DNA of 64,000 bases from Octopus vulgaris (Eukaryota): positions 36,146,001-36,210,000 of the forward strand of contig OX597825.1 in assembly GCA_951406725.2 (NCBI GenBank). Direction: 5' to 3'. The translations under genes were made by a program, and so were the position numbers. Below are positions 1 through 40,499 of the stretch, in pieces (position 1 is the stretch's first letter; each line of letters begins with the position of its first letter). The notes below the pieces were generated by a model that did not search any database, was not told the DNA's origin, and saw only the letters and a list, made by a program, of their open reading frames with translations.

Positions 1-54
1 TATAGAGAAAGAAATTTATGAAAAGACGAATACGAATTGGGAAGGATACCAGAT

Positions 55-2155
55 ATGGAAAGATACTTGAAACCGGACAGATTGAATGCCGATCCAAACT
101 CCACAAATGCTGACAAGATTTTAAATCATTGGTTTAGAACTTTCACCAACTTTATAGATCAGGGCAGGAAGGTAGAATTATCGATAAACTCAATCTTTTG
201 ATTAATTATGTGGAACCGAACGTATAAAAATTCATTAGTGAAGTTAAGAACTATGAACAAGCTGTAAACACACTAAAGAGTGTGTATATTAAACCAAAGA
301 ACATCATAATGACACGCCATCTTTTGGCCACAAGAAGACAAACCCGGAGAATCTCTAGAACAGTACTTAAACGAACTCAAAATACTTGCGAAAGACTGTG
401 ACTTTATTGCAGTGAATGCTGAGCAGCACCGGTATGAAATAATTCAAGATGCGTTTATAAATGGACTCATTTCGAATCAAATAAGACAGAGACTATTAGA
501 AAACAAAAGTGTCGATCTTAGTACGGCTTATGATCAAGCACGTTCGCTAGATGTGGCGCAACAGGGTTCCAGTGTCTTTTCAAACTCTGAGTGTCCCTAC
601 TTCAGTCTAACGGCACACACCGGAGTCAAGCCAATTGATTCCTCTAAGCCAGAAGAAAAACACTCTGCCGCGATCCAAAAAGGAAAACCCTCTCTTGGTT
701 TTGAGGCTATTCCAGACACCCGCAGACTCGTTGTCCTGCGCGGAAAGCAGTCTGTCACAAATGCAAAAAAAAAAAACACAATCTACGATTGGCAGTATCA
801 GCATCAGCAGGTTCACCCTTCCGAGTAACCTCCATAGTTATACTGAACAATACTTACAAATCCGAAGCATTAATTGATAGCGGTAGCACTGACAAGAGCT
901 TCATCAGTGAGAGGCTAGTGAACATACTCAACATCAAAACGGTCAACATCAAAATGGTGATTGACTATTCAGAGACAACGAATATACACAGCTTGATGCC
1001 TACCCTCTTCCTAAAATCGATAAGTTAGTAAACGCTATTGCCCACTATAAAGTTTACAATAGACTTATGTCCAGCATACCATCAGATTTCTCTATCAGAT
1101 CGTCGATTCACAGCCTTTGAAGCTGACGGTAAATTATGGCATTATATAGGATGCCATTCAGAGTAACTAATGGCAGTGCATGTTTCCAGCGTATAATGGA
1201 TGACTTTGTGAGTAAATACAAACTGCGAGATACGTTCCCATTCATAGACAATCTAACCATATGTGAGAAAGATCAAAATGATCACGATATGAATTTAGAA
1301 AAATTCGAAATAGCAGCAAAAAGTGAGGGGCTCACCATGAATGAAGAGAAATGCGTTTACTCAACAACACTTGACTTTCTTGGATACCGTATCTCGCACA
1401 ATACCCTCAGCCCTGACCCAGAAAGGCTTGCTCCACTCCTCAATCTTCCTATACCAACCGACCAGAAATCATTAAAACGAATAGTCGGTATGTTTTCTCA
1501 TTATGCTAAGCGGATGTCCAAATTTTCTGACAAAATATATCATCTCAATAATGTATCAAAATTGCCTCTGAACAACCAACAAAAGCATTTCAGTCATTGA
1601 AGATAGAATTAGCTAATGCTGGCATTCAAATAGTAAATGAGAACATTCCATTTATTGTTGAGACGGATGCTTCAGATTTTGCTATATCTGCAACAATAAA
1701 TCAAGATGGAGGACCAGTCGCATTCCATTCAAGCGCGCTACAAGGTAGCGAAGAGTACCACTCCTCTGTTGAAAAGGAAGCCCAAGCAATTATCGAATCA
1801 ATTCATCATTGGAGACTCTTTCTGCTAGGTAGACATTTCACATTAATTACTGATCATTCATATATAATTATGAAGCGACGAGCAAAATTAAAAGTGATAA
1901 AATTATGAGGTGGCGCACTGCGTTATCTCCATACCCATATGATATTCACTATCACCCAGGATCCAATAATATCGCTCCGGATGCATTCACTTGGGTACGC
2001 TGTCCAGCAATCAGTTCACATTCACTTTATGAGTTACATGCATCACTGTGCCATCCCAGTAAAATATGCCTTCTTCATTTCGTTCGCAGTAGGAATCTTC
2101 CATATTCGTTGGAGAACGTGAAACAAATTTGTAGGAATTGCTCTATATGTCACCC
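55..2155 (+). mobile_element. Degenerate Ty3/gypsy LTR retrotransposon internal region (gag, protease, RT, RNase H, integrase Zn finger)
   Basis: gag-like MERYLKPDRL... and IQDAFINGL; protease ALIDSGS; RT RMPF...FQRIMD...FIDN; RNase H VETDASD; integrase H..H..CRNCSIC; frameshifts, internal deletion near 950, 3' truncation. Confidence 0.9.
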
Positions 2156-2885
2156 ACCAAATTATATTTGCTCACGTAGATCATGCGGAAAGTAACACTA
2201 ATACAAAGTAAACTAAACAGTAGCATAAAGTGATTCCCCTTTAAATTGTAGATCACACGACAAAGCGACACGTCTCTTTTTCTTAAGAAATGATGTGAAT
2301 TCAGTGCTGGTTTCTTGTAAAAATGCAACTGTTTTCTTATGCAACTGCCTTTGTCCCCTGTTTGATTACATTGTAAAAATCTTAGCTAACATCTTACGGG
2401 CTTTTAGAAATTGAAAAGTAAACTAAAAAAAGTAACCGAAAGTAATCTTCCTAGTAGATCACACGCCAAAGGAGCATCTACACACATACACACAGACATA
2501 CATATACATAGATACACTTACACATACATACATATATATGTATATGTATACATAAACACACATATACACATATGTACACAAATATATACATATCTTCGAT
2601 AATATCTTTAGGAATATATGTTTATTTTGGACTTCCGGTAGCACATGCGCAATGATAAACAGTAATCTCTTTCATACAGCCCCCGGCTAGAGTGAAGTGT
2701 TCATAACCAGACTATAGTTTATGCGAATGCTCGTTTTAATTTCTATTTGGTAAACATTGCAAGTTCGAATATCTCTACAAGTTCATTTGCCATTTGTGCG
2801 TGATAGAAATCATTCAAAAGTTTTCATTGATCTTTCCTTACACGTTTATTATCGCTAACAGCATGTTTTCTTTCTGCTTCTTTAA

Positions 2886-3425
2886 CCCTTCGTTAGTCAC
2901 ATGGGGTGTATTGTCATCCCCAATTTTTTTTTAAATGTTCGTAATTTCTAATTGGCAACATACTTTTCTTGCTCCCTTCCTCTCGTCTTCTGACTCAGTG
3001 AGGTTGCAGCAGGTGTGGTACAGTCGCGGTTCAGTTGTTGTAGGAGGTAGACTTCATTTTTATCTAGTCACCCTACGTCAGTCACGTGGGGTGACTATAT
3101 ACATTAGTATATTGTAACGGTGATTGCCAGTTATGTTATTTTTTAACATTATAGATATTTTTAAAAAATTCACAAAATAGTGGGTATTTTCAAAATAAAT
3201 GTGATCTAACTCTAAATTTTTTTAGTTTTTCATTAATTTTATAATTGATTTTATTGTATTGTTTTATAATAATTTCAATCAGCAGTGATTGCAGATATAT
3301 CCTGAACCAACAGAATGAGGATATTTTACATAATACTAAAACTATAAACATTTTTGTTTTGTGGGGTGTAAACACCCCATGTAACTACTAATCATGTTCG
3401 GAAAGGCCAGGTCACTAACGAAGGG
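2886..3425. mobile_element. piggyBac-like MITE
   Basis: TTAA|CCCTTCGTTAGT ... ACTAACGAAGGG|TTAA; terminal inverted repeats and TTAA target duplication. Confidence 0.85.
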
Positions 3426-4189
3426 TTAACACTAATAATACCTTGTATGTATGTGCACATATATAAATAAATGTATATATTGGCATTCTTTCGATATAAC
3501 TCGACAAGGTCGAGACATTTCACTTCGGTATTTCTGTGGGTTGTGGAGTATAGATATAACGAAATTATGCCAGCAATGTCTCATTTTAAACTTGAAGAAA
3601 AAAAGCCTTCCATATTTGTTCTTAACTGTTCCATGTCTGTATGTAAAATCCACAAATTTCCAAGCAGAAAACAGAATCGAACTGTCATTTGCTTCCACGG
3701 AAATACCCGAAGTGAAGTGTTTTGATTTTGTCGAGTTATATCGAAAGAATGCCTATATATATCTATATAACACACACACACACACACATACACACACACA
3801 TATCTATGTAAGTATGTATGCATTTATGTATGTATGTATGTATGTATGTATGCATGTATGTATGTATGTATGTATGTATGTATGTATGTATGTATGTATG
3901 TATGCATGCATGTATGTATGTATGCCCTCCCATGGGCAGTCTATTGTAGTCTGCTGAAGATGTGTGGTCAGCAACATGCTGGAAATGTTTTCACTCAACT
4001 AAGAGGTATTTGAGAAATTTTGAACAGGTGGTGGTATTGTCAAGGTTTTGGTTAATTTCATGTTTTCCTTTATATTAAATTATTGTTGTTTATCAGCTGT
4101 CATACATTTCAGAGGAAACATTTTTAAAAGGCATTTTTCAATCTTTCGATAATTTTTCGACAAATATTTTAGGTTAGGACAAAATATTA

Positions 4190-4383
4190 GTTTCAAATTT
4201 TGGCACAAGGCCAGAAATTTTAGGGAGGGGGTAAGTCAACTACATCGATCCCAGTGTTCAACTAGTATTTGCTTACTTGACCCTGAAGGGATGAAAGACA
4301 AATTCGACCTCGGTGGAATTTGAACTCAGAACATAAAAGCGAAGTGGCACTTAGCGAGCTAACGATTTTGTCAGTTCGCCGCC
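4190..4383 (-). mobile_element. tRNA-derived SINE family A copy; other copies at about 7930, 11730, 12085, 18940, 19400, 23005, 24075, 27085, 27340, 28635, 34070, 44640, 52165
   Basis: Recurrent unit GGCGGCGAGCTGGCAGAA..TTAGC..GTTCTGAGTTCAAATTCCGCCGAGGTCGACTTTGCCTTTCATCC with A/B-box-like motifs. Confidence 0.85.
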
Positions 4384-4614
4384 TAATGGTTAGATAGAAC
4401 AAAATAAACCGTTCTTTATCGGATTATACTTACTTCAGTAGGCTAAAATTATTGTAGCCTGCAGAAGACTGATTAGAAACGTGAGGGCAAACTCTTTCTA
4501 GCCAAGTGTTCGTTGAAAATATACCAACACATATGGAGCTGAGGCTTTCTAAAGCATAAACTTGCGTCTTCACTGTGTTTTCAACTAAAAGTAGTTGGCT
4601 GTGAAAGGATTATC

Positions 4615-4808
4615 TTTTATCTTTTACTTGTTTCGGTCATTAGACTGCGGCCATGCTGGGACACCGTATTGAAGACTTTTTTTAAAAAGACCTGGTACTA
4701 ATTCTATGAGTGTCTATAGCCGTATCGTTAAGTTACGGGAACGTACACACACTAATGCCGGTTGTCAAGCGGTGGTGGGGGACAAACACAGACACCAGGA
4801 CGGACGGC

Positions 4809-4857
<49 letters not shown>

Positions 4858-5017
4858 CGGGCTTCTTTCAGTTTACGTCTACAGAATCCACTCATAATGC
4901 TTTGATCGACTCGAGGCTATGGTAGAAGGCACTTGCCCAAAATTCCACACAATAGGATTGGACCTGGAACCATGTGGTTAGAAAGCAAGCTACTTACCAC
5001 ACAGCCACGCCTGCACC
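4615..5017 (-). mobile_element. tRNA-derived SINE family B with internal microsatellite
   Basis: Matches 45632-46272 in reverse; head GGTGCAGGCGTGGCTGTGTGGTAAG; internal (CA)n. Confidence 0.85.
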
Positions 5018-7114
5018 TATGGTATAAAGTCTGTTCAGATGGTGGATAAAGAGAACTTAAAAGCAAATCTGTGATATAAGGTCTTGATAATTTTTAGGCA
5101 TACAATTAAATGTTTAAATAGGTCAAATTATTGATATGTACGCGTATATGCACAAATGTTCATTTCTATCTTTTGGCAAACATGTAAAAGCCGACTGAAG
5201 AAGTTTAATAAGAATGGAATATAATGGAATTGTCACCATCTTTGCCAAATATGTGACTATCTTTCTCTTCATCACATTACCTATTTCCAATTTAAATTGA
5301 GTGGGTCGATTAAAATTTCTTGATTTTGAATCGTTACGTACTCCTGTCTTTAGTTTAAATCCCGCAAACACTGGTTTGAGTTTCGATTAATTTAAGGTTA
5401 TCTTGTTTGCCACATTAAGTGATGTTAGTCCTTTGTTCATTAACTCACTTGCCAGCTGATGACAGATTAGGTTTTTCACATTATCTTGATGACATTTAAC
5501 AAATCTGCTCTATGCTGATTTGCTAAGGTTGTCAACATTCAAGGACATCTCCAAAACACAATAGACACACTATACTGCCGCGATAAATTTATCCGTATCT
5601 TTTACGAAGATAAATATTTCTCTCTTTTGTGTTTTACTTGTCATTGGATAGCGGCCAAGGTGGGACATCACCTTCATGGATCTTAGTCTAAGAAATCGAA
5701 CGCAGTACTTATGTTTTTGTTTTAAGTCTGGTAATTATTCTATCGATCCTTTTGGTTGAAACGCTAAGCTACGGGGACGTAAACAAATGAAAACTGCTTA
5801 CTAAACGGTGAGGCTGGGACAAATATAGAGACAAAAACAGACAGATTGACAGATGCACGCACACACACACACACACACACACATGCACATATATATATAA
5901 AGGATCAAAGGTCCTTTCCGAGCCATAGGCTCATAAGGCCAGTTTCCTGGATTCTGTGACGTATATATTTCCCTCACCTGGATGTGACGCCGGTCCGTCG
6001 CAGGTATTACTCGCTTCTGCCAGCTCATTGGATCGGAGCAATCAAAGCTCTATGAATTGGAATCACAATCTTACCATCGTGATTACAATTTCCTCACCAC
6101 TAAGCAACATTCCCCCACACACGGACACAGACACAAACAAACACATACACACATACATATATGTGAAGGATTTCTACGCAGTTTCCGGCAACCAAATTCA
6201 TTCACAGGGCATTGGTTGGTCCGGCGCAATAGTAGGCCACTGGGCAAATCAATGCATTGGGTGCTATATTTATTGACAGCAAGCCACAACATACATAGAT
6301 CAGAATTGGACCCTAGACCCGTGACGCCTCTTGTCAAGTAACACAGTGTGTCCATGCGTTAAGGCAGTACTGGAGTATGTATTATATGATTTTTTACTAT
6401 GTTTATGTAAGTATATGAATATGCGAGTATGTATGTATGTATGTGAGTACGTGCATCGTGACTGAAAAGATGTATAAACAAAAAGAAGAATGATTTCTCA
6501 AAATTCGTCGAGATTCATTTGGCAAAAACACAAAAGAATTTGTCGCAGTTTCGGAGAGTGAATAGTTTTGCGGGCAGTGCGACGCACAGATGCAACATTC
6601 GCGTTTCGGACGATAGTTTCGTGGGTGTCGTACAACCGATGTTAAACTGTGCACTTTGTAAGAATATTTCGCTTTCTCTTAGCATTATAGGTTGTATCAT
6701 TGGCCTGAGCAGCTGCAGCTCTACTTGGGCGAACCACTTGGAAGATTCTAAGTTTCTGTTTTATTTTTGTGTGGGAATGTAGAGTGACTTGCTAAGTCGA
6801 TAGCTTAAGTCGCCAACTAAGCAATCTCTCAAGAGTCGGAATGAAGTACATGACCTCATGCAAGCATGCAAAAGAAGTCATTGAATGATGATGATGAAGC
6901 TCCGATTAAATTAGTCGAGTTGAAATGCTGTAAGACACAGAATGTGGAGCCGATGGTTGTGTAGTATGTGGTTCGTTGTGTAATGGCCTGACACCATCAG
7001 GTAAAGTACTGAAGTTGTGATAGGCATCGACGTGGCGAAGGTTTGATAGAATCACAGTTTGGACGTGAAATAATGATTACAAGTATTCGGAGTACGTGCA
7101 TGTGTGGGTGTGTG

Positions 7115-7176
<62 letters not shown>

Positions 7177-8172
7177 TGTGTGTGGTGTGTGTGAGAGAGA
7201 GAGAGAGAGACTGTGTGTGAGAGAGAGAGAAAAAAACTGTGTGTGTGTGTGTGTGTGCGTGCGTGTGTGGTGTGCGTGTGTGTGATGTGTGTGTGTGTGT
7301 GTGTAGATGCAAGAAATAACAACGCACTCTGATAAAAAGACCCAGTTTACAGTGAAATTTATTAGAAAACAAATGAGGTTGCTTATAACTTCAGGTTTCA
7401 CCAGTCCGAAAGCTTGCTCAAGCGATGTGCCAGGACACAGTGTCTGTAAGTATTCATATTTATTAAAATTCTGTAAAATGTTTGGAGGTGAGCAAGAAAA
7501 TCTGTTTTAAACAAGATGATTTTGGTAGGTTTTGAAACTTAATAGACGCGATGCTTGTTAGTATTTCGAGTTGAAAGGACTTTAAATAGATAAACATGGA
7601 GGAACAAAAATATTCTAGTTGTGTAGTTAATTTGATTCTGATTAAAATTGAATTGAAAATTTGGAATATGGCTAATACCAAATGATAGAAAACAAATGGT
7701 CAAATACGAGTTAAAAACTGTTGTAGGAACGGTGTGTCATGTGTATGACTATATGTATACATATATATATATATGTATAAATTATATATACATATACGTA
7801 TATACATATATACACACATACATATATCTATATGTATATATGCGCTCATGTAGTAGAGAGCAGAAGATTCAAGCTTCCTCTCGGCCCTCTCATGCAGAAG
7901 AACATGCAGCTAGAGGGTGAGTTGAATGGGCTGCACTATAATTGGACTGGTGCTTTGTTTATCGACTCCGAAAGGATGAAAGGGAAAGTTGACCTCGACG
8001 GGATTTGAACTCAGAGCGCAGAGAACTGGACAAATGTACCGCATTATATCCATCTTTTTAACAACTTTGTCAATCGACCGCCATAAAAAAACTACCCCAG
8101 ATGCTGTAATTAAGTTAGACTTGGCTTGGGCCAATAATGACCAAAAGCTGCCTAAGCTAAGTTACTTACATG

Positions 8173-8217
<45 letters not shown>

Positions 8218-8422
8218 TTGTCTACTAACCAACGTTGGTAACCAACATATAAAGTAGTAAATTACGCCTGTTTTTCTGATGATCTGGCGTATAAAATGAT
8301 TATGCAACCGTCCTTTGTCACGATTACCATAACATTCTAGTATACGCTGGTGAAATACGTGTAATGATTATGTAATATATGGTGCAATATTTTCTTTATT
8401 ACAATCGAATCTCCAGTTTCAT

Positions 8423-8456
<34 letters not shown>

Positions 8457-9167
8457 ATATGTTTGTGTATGCAATTGTGTGACTCTCGGTGTGTTTATGA
8501 GTAGCAAATTAATTTGTGCTTAAACTGCTTACATTGTTATATCGAAGTTGCTCTGGAGATAATTTCAGCTACGTACACGTACATACAAGTACGTAGGTAA
8601 AAGTATCCCCAGCACATATGCACCCTTGTGACGCACCGTATCCACGACAGCTTTCCACCTCTTTATACCAAGTACTCTTCAGTAATTGATATAGCCATAT
8701 CCTCACATTTCAAGGCTATTCTATTTTATCAAAACAACATTAATTTCTAGTATTTCTTGAAATTTTTGTTATTCCTCAGTTTTAATCCATTTACAGTTCA
8801 TTGAACTTCAAATATCTGCATCCCAACATCTACCACTATCAAGTACTACCAAATCCAGCTTCTTGAAAATAAATCTTCTTCCTCATCTTTAAACTTTTTA
8901 TAGATTTTTTTCATGTTTGAAAAATTTATGCATGATTAGTACAGAATTAGCAGATGAAGCATTTTAAAAAATAAATTAATAATAAATAATTAATTAAATA
9001 ACGTTGTTTAGCAATGGACATACATGCACTAGCGAAATTTGTATTTTAGTTTTGTATTAGTTGCTGTACTAATGAAAATATTATCATTAGGAGTAATATC
9101 ATTGTTGCTGTTCTTGTTGTTGGAGTCAACAGGTCTTTCAGACAGGCATTTTAAATCATTCTTGTTC

Positions 9168-9173
9168 TTTATT
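9168..9173 (-). terminator. Candidate polyadenylation signal AATAAA
   Basis: First minus-strand AATAAA, about 33 nt after the stop codon; weak evidence in AT-rich DNA. Confidence 0.4.
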
Positions 9174-9205
9174 CAATGTAATTTCTTGAACGACCATGTC
9201 AGCAA

Positions 9206-36140
<26,935 letters not shown>

Positions 36141-36239
36141 TATGTCAATAGTTAATGTAGTGAATCGTTTAAGAGCAGAATTGGAAATAAGCCTTCAAGA
36201 CTTAGTTTTGAGCCGTTGGCAGCAAGTACGAATCTAGAC

Positions 36240-36311
36240 AACTGCAGGCGGTTTCACCGGAATTTATAATACAAGCGACAATAAAAACTGGTCACCTATG
36301 ACGTCACTCAG
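36240..36311 (-). promoter_or_regulatory. Core promoter copy A: CRE with overlapping AP-1-like site, TATA box, Inr-like motif
   Basis: TGACGTCA 36299-36306 within minus-strand TGAGTGACGTCA; TATAAA 36268-36263; GCAGTT about 25 nt downstream. Confidence 0.7.
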
Positions 36312-36626
36312 GTTAATGATAAACGAAAATTGCAGACGACTAAGTGGAAGTTCCTACCTTACCAACTGAAGAACAAAACAAAAATCAAAATAGGAGTGAC
36401 AAAAAAAAAAAATACTGTATAAAAAAAGGAGAAAAAGGAGAGAAGGGAGGGATAAAAAAAAAGAAACAAACAAAATGTCTTAGTAATTCTTGTTTTAGAA
36501 TATCTTTGTTATTCACCGTTTTTGAAATTGTGGCGTAGACTTTAATAATAACAATAATTACAAGAAATACGATAAACACTGAAGTCCAGAAATAAATCTA
36601 AACATCTTTTATACATACATACATGC

Positions 36627-36713
<87 letters not shown>

Positions 36714-36950
36714 TATATATATATACTTATATATATATATATATATACATACATTTGTATATATATATATATATATAATATACATACATCTGTATATACA
36801 TAGTATATATATATACACATACATACATACATACATACATACATACATACATACATACATACATACATACATGCATGTGTATATATATGTATATATATAT
36901 ATGTGTGTGTACATACATGTGTATATATATATATATATACTTACATACAT

Positions 36951-36997
<47 letters not shown>

Positions 36998-37571
36998 CAT
37001 ACATACACACACATATATATATATATATACATATATAAACGTGTGTGTGCAGTGTGCATGTGTGTGTGTTCATGTGTATGTGTGTGTGAAGAGACATTCT
37101 ATGACAGAACAAGAAAGAGGGGGAGTGAGGGAGAGAGAGATGGGGGGTAGAGAGAAGGGGCGGAGAGAGAGATATACGCACATAAGTATAAACACATTCA
37201 AGCAGACGAACGCTTAATGTTTGTTGAAAGTAGTAATTTGAAATTACAGAGAGCAAGAATCTAAATCTAGCTTGGTTGATAAAACATTTTTTATTAGGTG
37301 CAAATATTTGAAGTGGAGAATGGTGATCACCAGCAGAATGTACTGCTGACAAGGGTCTGCTTAGTGTATACAAGAGGGAATGACATAACCGAGCGGCGAA
37401 AAGAACTGTGGAGACGAATGTAAAAAGAGAGCGGGAGAAACGGAGAGAGATTTAGGGAAAATAGATTGAGGGATAGAGACTAAGACAGACTGAAAAAGAC
37501 TTATTGATGGGTGGGGGGGGAGATTTATTGAGAGTAATTTCGAAAAAAGTGAGAAAGGTTCAGTGAGAAAG

Positions 37572-37624
<53 letters not shown>

Positions 37625-37759
37625 GAGAGAGCAAGAGCCAGAGTCAGATAGGGATTGGGCCATTGCATAAGGGGAATGGGATAAGGGAATGGGATAGAAT
37701 GAGACTTTGAATGGGAGAGATAAGAGTTATTGAAAAATGTATATGTATGTATGTGTATG

Positions 37760-37806
<47 letters not shown>

Positions 37807-37846
37807 ATACATACATATATACATACATACATACATAGATACATAC

Positions 37847-37931
37847 ATTGGGAGGTGGAATTCCAGCCATTATGTCAAAGGTTAATGTAGTAAATCGTTT
37901 AAAAACAGAATTGGAAATAAGCCTTCAAGAC
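37847..37931 (-). pseudogene. Third, truncated copy of omega-crystallin exon 1 (part of 5'UTR plus MAGIPPPN)
   Basis: Near-identical to 36117-36201; lacks donor and promoter; flanked on both sides by (CATA)n. Confidence 0.85.
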
Positions 37932-38036
37932 ATACATACATACATACATACATGTATGTATGTATGTATGTATGTATGTATGTATGTATGTATGTATGTA
38001 TGTATGTATGTATGTATGTATGTATGTACGTATGTA

Positions 38037-38091
<55 letters not shown>

Positions 38092-38257
38092 GCGTATGTG
38101 TGTGTGTATACACACATGCACATTTTTATATTTGTACCTTCCTTTTTTGTGCAGAAAATTTTTCCATAGCTTCAAAAGAAATCAAAAAGGAATGAAACAA
38201 ATTTGCAAAATTATATTCTTTTACTTGTTTCAGACATTTGACTGCCACTTTTAGTCA

Positions 38258-38624
38258 TCATGCCAAATAACTGATTTTTGGTCTCCCTCTTGGTTCATTT
38301 TTAAGGCTTTCATTTCCTGAACGAAATCTTTGGAACCATCTCTGAACAGTTCTAATGTCAACAGAATCGTTACCAAAAGCCCGCTTGATGTTCCGTAGAG
38401 CTTCGGTGGCAGAGTGACCCAACTTGTATTCGTAAAATCCCTCGGCATTGTTCAGCTGTCAACATTATCATAAGAGCTGTGGGTAGCAATTTTGAATAAT
38501 AGTATTGTCTAGAAAGAAAAAGAGTTAAACACAAGCATATAGATACAAACTCATTAAAAATCCATTTATAGATGACTCATAAGAAACCCATTTAAAATAC
38601 GACATTTCATGCGAGACAACCTAA
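38258..38624 (-). mobile_element. mariner 5' fragment: TIR plus N-terminal HTH
   Basis: TA|TTAGGTTGTCTCGCATGAAAT TIR; MLTAEQCRGI, frameshift, FYEYKLGHSATEALRNIKRAFGNDSVDIRTVQRWFQRFRSGNESLKNEPRGRP. Confidence 0.85.
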
Positions 38625-38811
38625 TATATATAGATATACGACGAGCTTCTTTCAGTTTCCGTCTACCAAATCCACTCACAAGACTTTAGTTGGCCCAAGG
38701 CTATAGTAGAAGAGAATTGCCCAAGGTTCCACGCAGTGGGACTGAACTCGGAACCATGTAGTTGGGATGCAAGTTTCTTACAACCCAGCCACTTCTATAA
38801 TAAAATAAATG

Positions 38812-38860
<49 letters not shown>

Positions 38861-39024
38861 ACACATACATACACACGCGCACGCACGCACACACTCACAC
38901 ACATACACATACCTGAATGGAATTTACAAATATTTTAATGCATCGCTACGCACGTTTCCACAAATCACATGTTTCTTACGATCACAGTTCGTATTCCTGG
39001 GATGATTGCATTACATACAATGTA

Positions 39025-39795
39025 TGTCATTGTTCAGTTTTATTTCAAGATTTCTTACCAATAAAGAAAGAGTAGGTTTCTAACCTAGATCCAAGGCTCC
39101 TTCACTGGAATTTCAACATCAACAAGATATATTTGTTTGCTTGTATGTACATATGTATGAATGTGTGCAGATTTGTATGTTTTGCTTTATGTATGTATTC
39201 TCAAGCATAAAGCTGCATATCTAGACATGCTCATATATATTTAAATGCTAATCTTCTGGAAAGTTTTACAAATTGTTACAGTTCCACTAATGGATTGGAT
39301 CTGTAGTCTTCGAATTAGCTTTCTCCTTTCTAGTTTTGAGATACCTAGTTTCTCAAGATTGGTATTTAGGCGTGTTACATATCCCAGAGTCCCAATATTT
39401 ACAGGTATAAACCTGAAGTTGTAATCTGGATAGAGTAACTGCAGATTTCTCAATTGTTCAACGTAGATGTTCTCTTTTTCACTGATCTTCAGCTTTACGT
39501 CAATATCCGCCGTGAAGCTAATTTCCACAACTGTACACAGTTTCTCTTCGCATCCCAAATCATTATATCAGGTCTGTTTTGCTTACATTTTACTGAGGCC
39601 TTCACTGGGACATTCCAACACTACTCCTTTTTATTATGAGTGGCTATGGCTTCTACCATACTGTGGGTTCTTATTTCTTTTCCCTCGGGGTTATCCTTTC
39701 GACGGATTTCATTATAGAGTGTCCTAGCTACAACATCATGTCTCATCAGTAGATAATACCGTGATGACATTTCTGGACAACTACTTATGATATGG
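39025..39795 (-). mobile_element. RLE-type non-LTR retrotransposon 3' fragment
   Basis: HIISSCP...RHDVVAR zinc-knuckle region, VVEIS, FIPVNIGTLGYV. Confidence 0.85.
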
Positions 39796-39880
39796 CTGAT
39801 ATGTATGTATGTTTGTATGTATGTATGTATGTATCTATGTATGTACATACGCACGTATACACAAACATACACACACGCAC

Positions 39881-39958
39881 GCACACACTACGCACACACT
39901 ACGCACACACTACGCACACACTACGCACACACTACGCACACACTACGCACACACTACA
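39881..39958. repeat. 11-bp minisatellite (GCACACACTAC) about 7 copies
   Basis: Direct reading. Confidence 0.9.
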
Positions 39959-40499
39959 CACACATATATAAAAAATGAAGAATGGAGGTACTACTATCAC
40001 ATTTATTTCACGGTTACAGTTGCTTCACCTACATATCTTAATAGTAATAAAACTCTAGGGATGTTTGTGTGTACCCGAAATATCTCAGAAATAGTATATT
40101 TTATCTTAAATTTCTTTTTTTGCATATTTATTTTCATACCTATCTTCGGCAATGACATCAGGACCTCTATTTATTAATGAAAACGAGTAGATACAATTTT
40201 TCTGTTTGCTCGTGATGGCAACACATACACACATACAGAATACACACACACATGATAAATGTCATGGTCGTCAATCAACACAAACACACGTCCGCTATCT
40301 GTGACATAAACACGCACAGTCTACGCGTTCTCTAAGAAAAAAGAAAAACGTCGACTTTTTGACGTACACAATATTTTAATCATTAGAAATATTTTAAACT
40401 GAATGTGATTTCAAAAATGTAAGTTGTTTGTACAGTAAGTGTTTATATTTTAGCTTTCTTTAAACAGAAAATATTTTAATGGTTTTTTTCTACTATAGG

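Noticed and set aside
8640-8690. Minus-strand CTGAAGA...GAAAGCTGTC hammerhead-like motif
   Set aside because: Stem III lacks the closing pair and stem I is mismatched; at best a decayed copy
36542-38254. Long ORFs such as 36609-37373 (254 aa) and many others rich in YI, HT, CV or MYVC
   Set aside because: Translations of (TA)n, (CA)n and (TATG)n microsatellites; no coding signal
38258-38455. Open mariner HTH frame behind a CAG that could splice to the 42788 exon-like segment as a SETMAR-like fusion
   Set aside because: The acceptor lacks a pyrimidine tract, the native mariner start is frameshifted and a TIR lies upstream; a simple relic is more parsimonious
39881-39958. Regular repeats suggesting a CRISPR-like array
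   Set aside because: No spacers; simple 11-bp minisatellite in eukaryotic DNA
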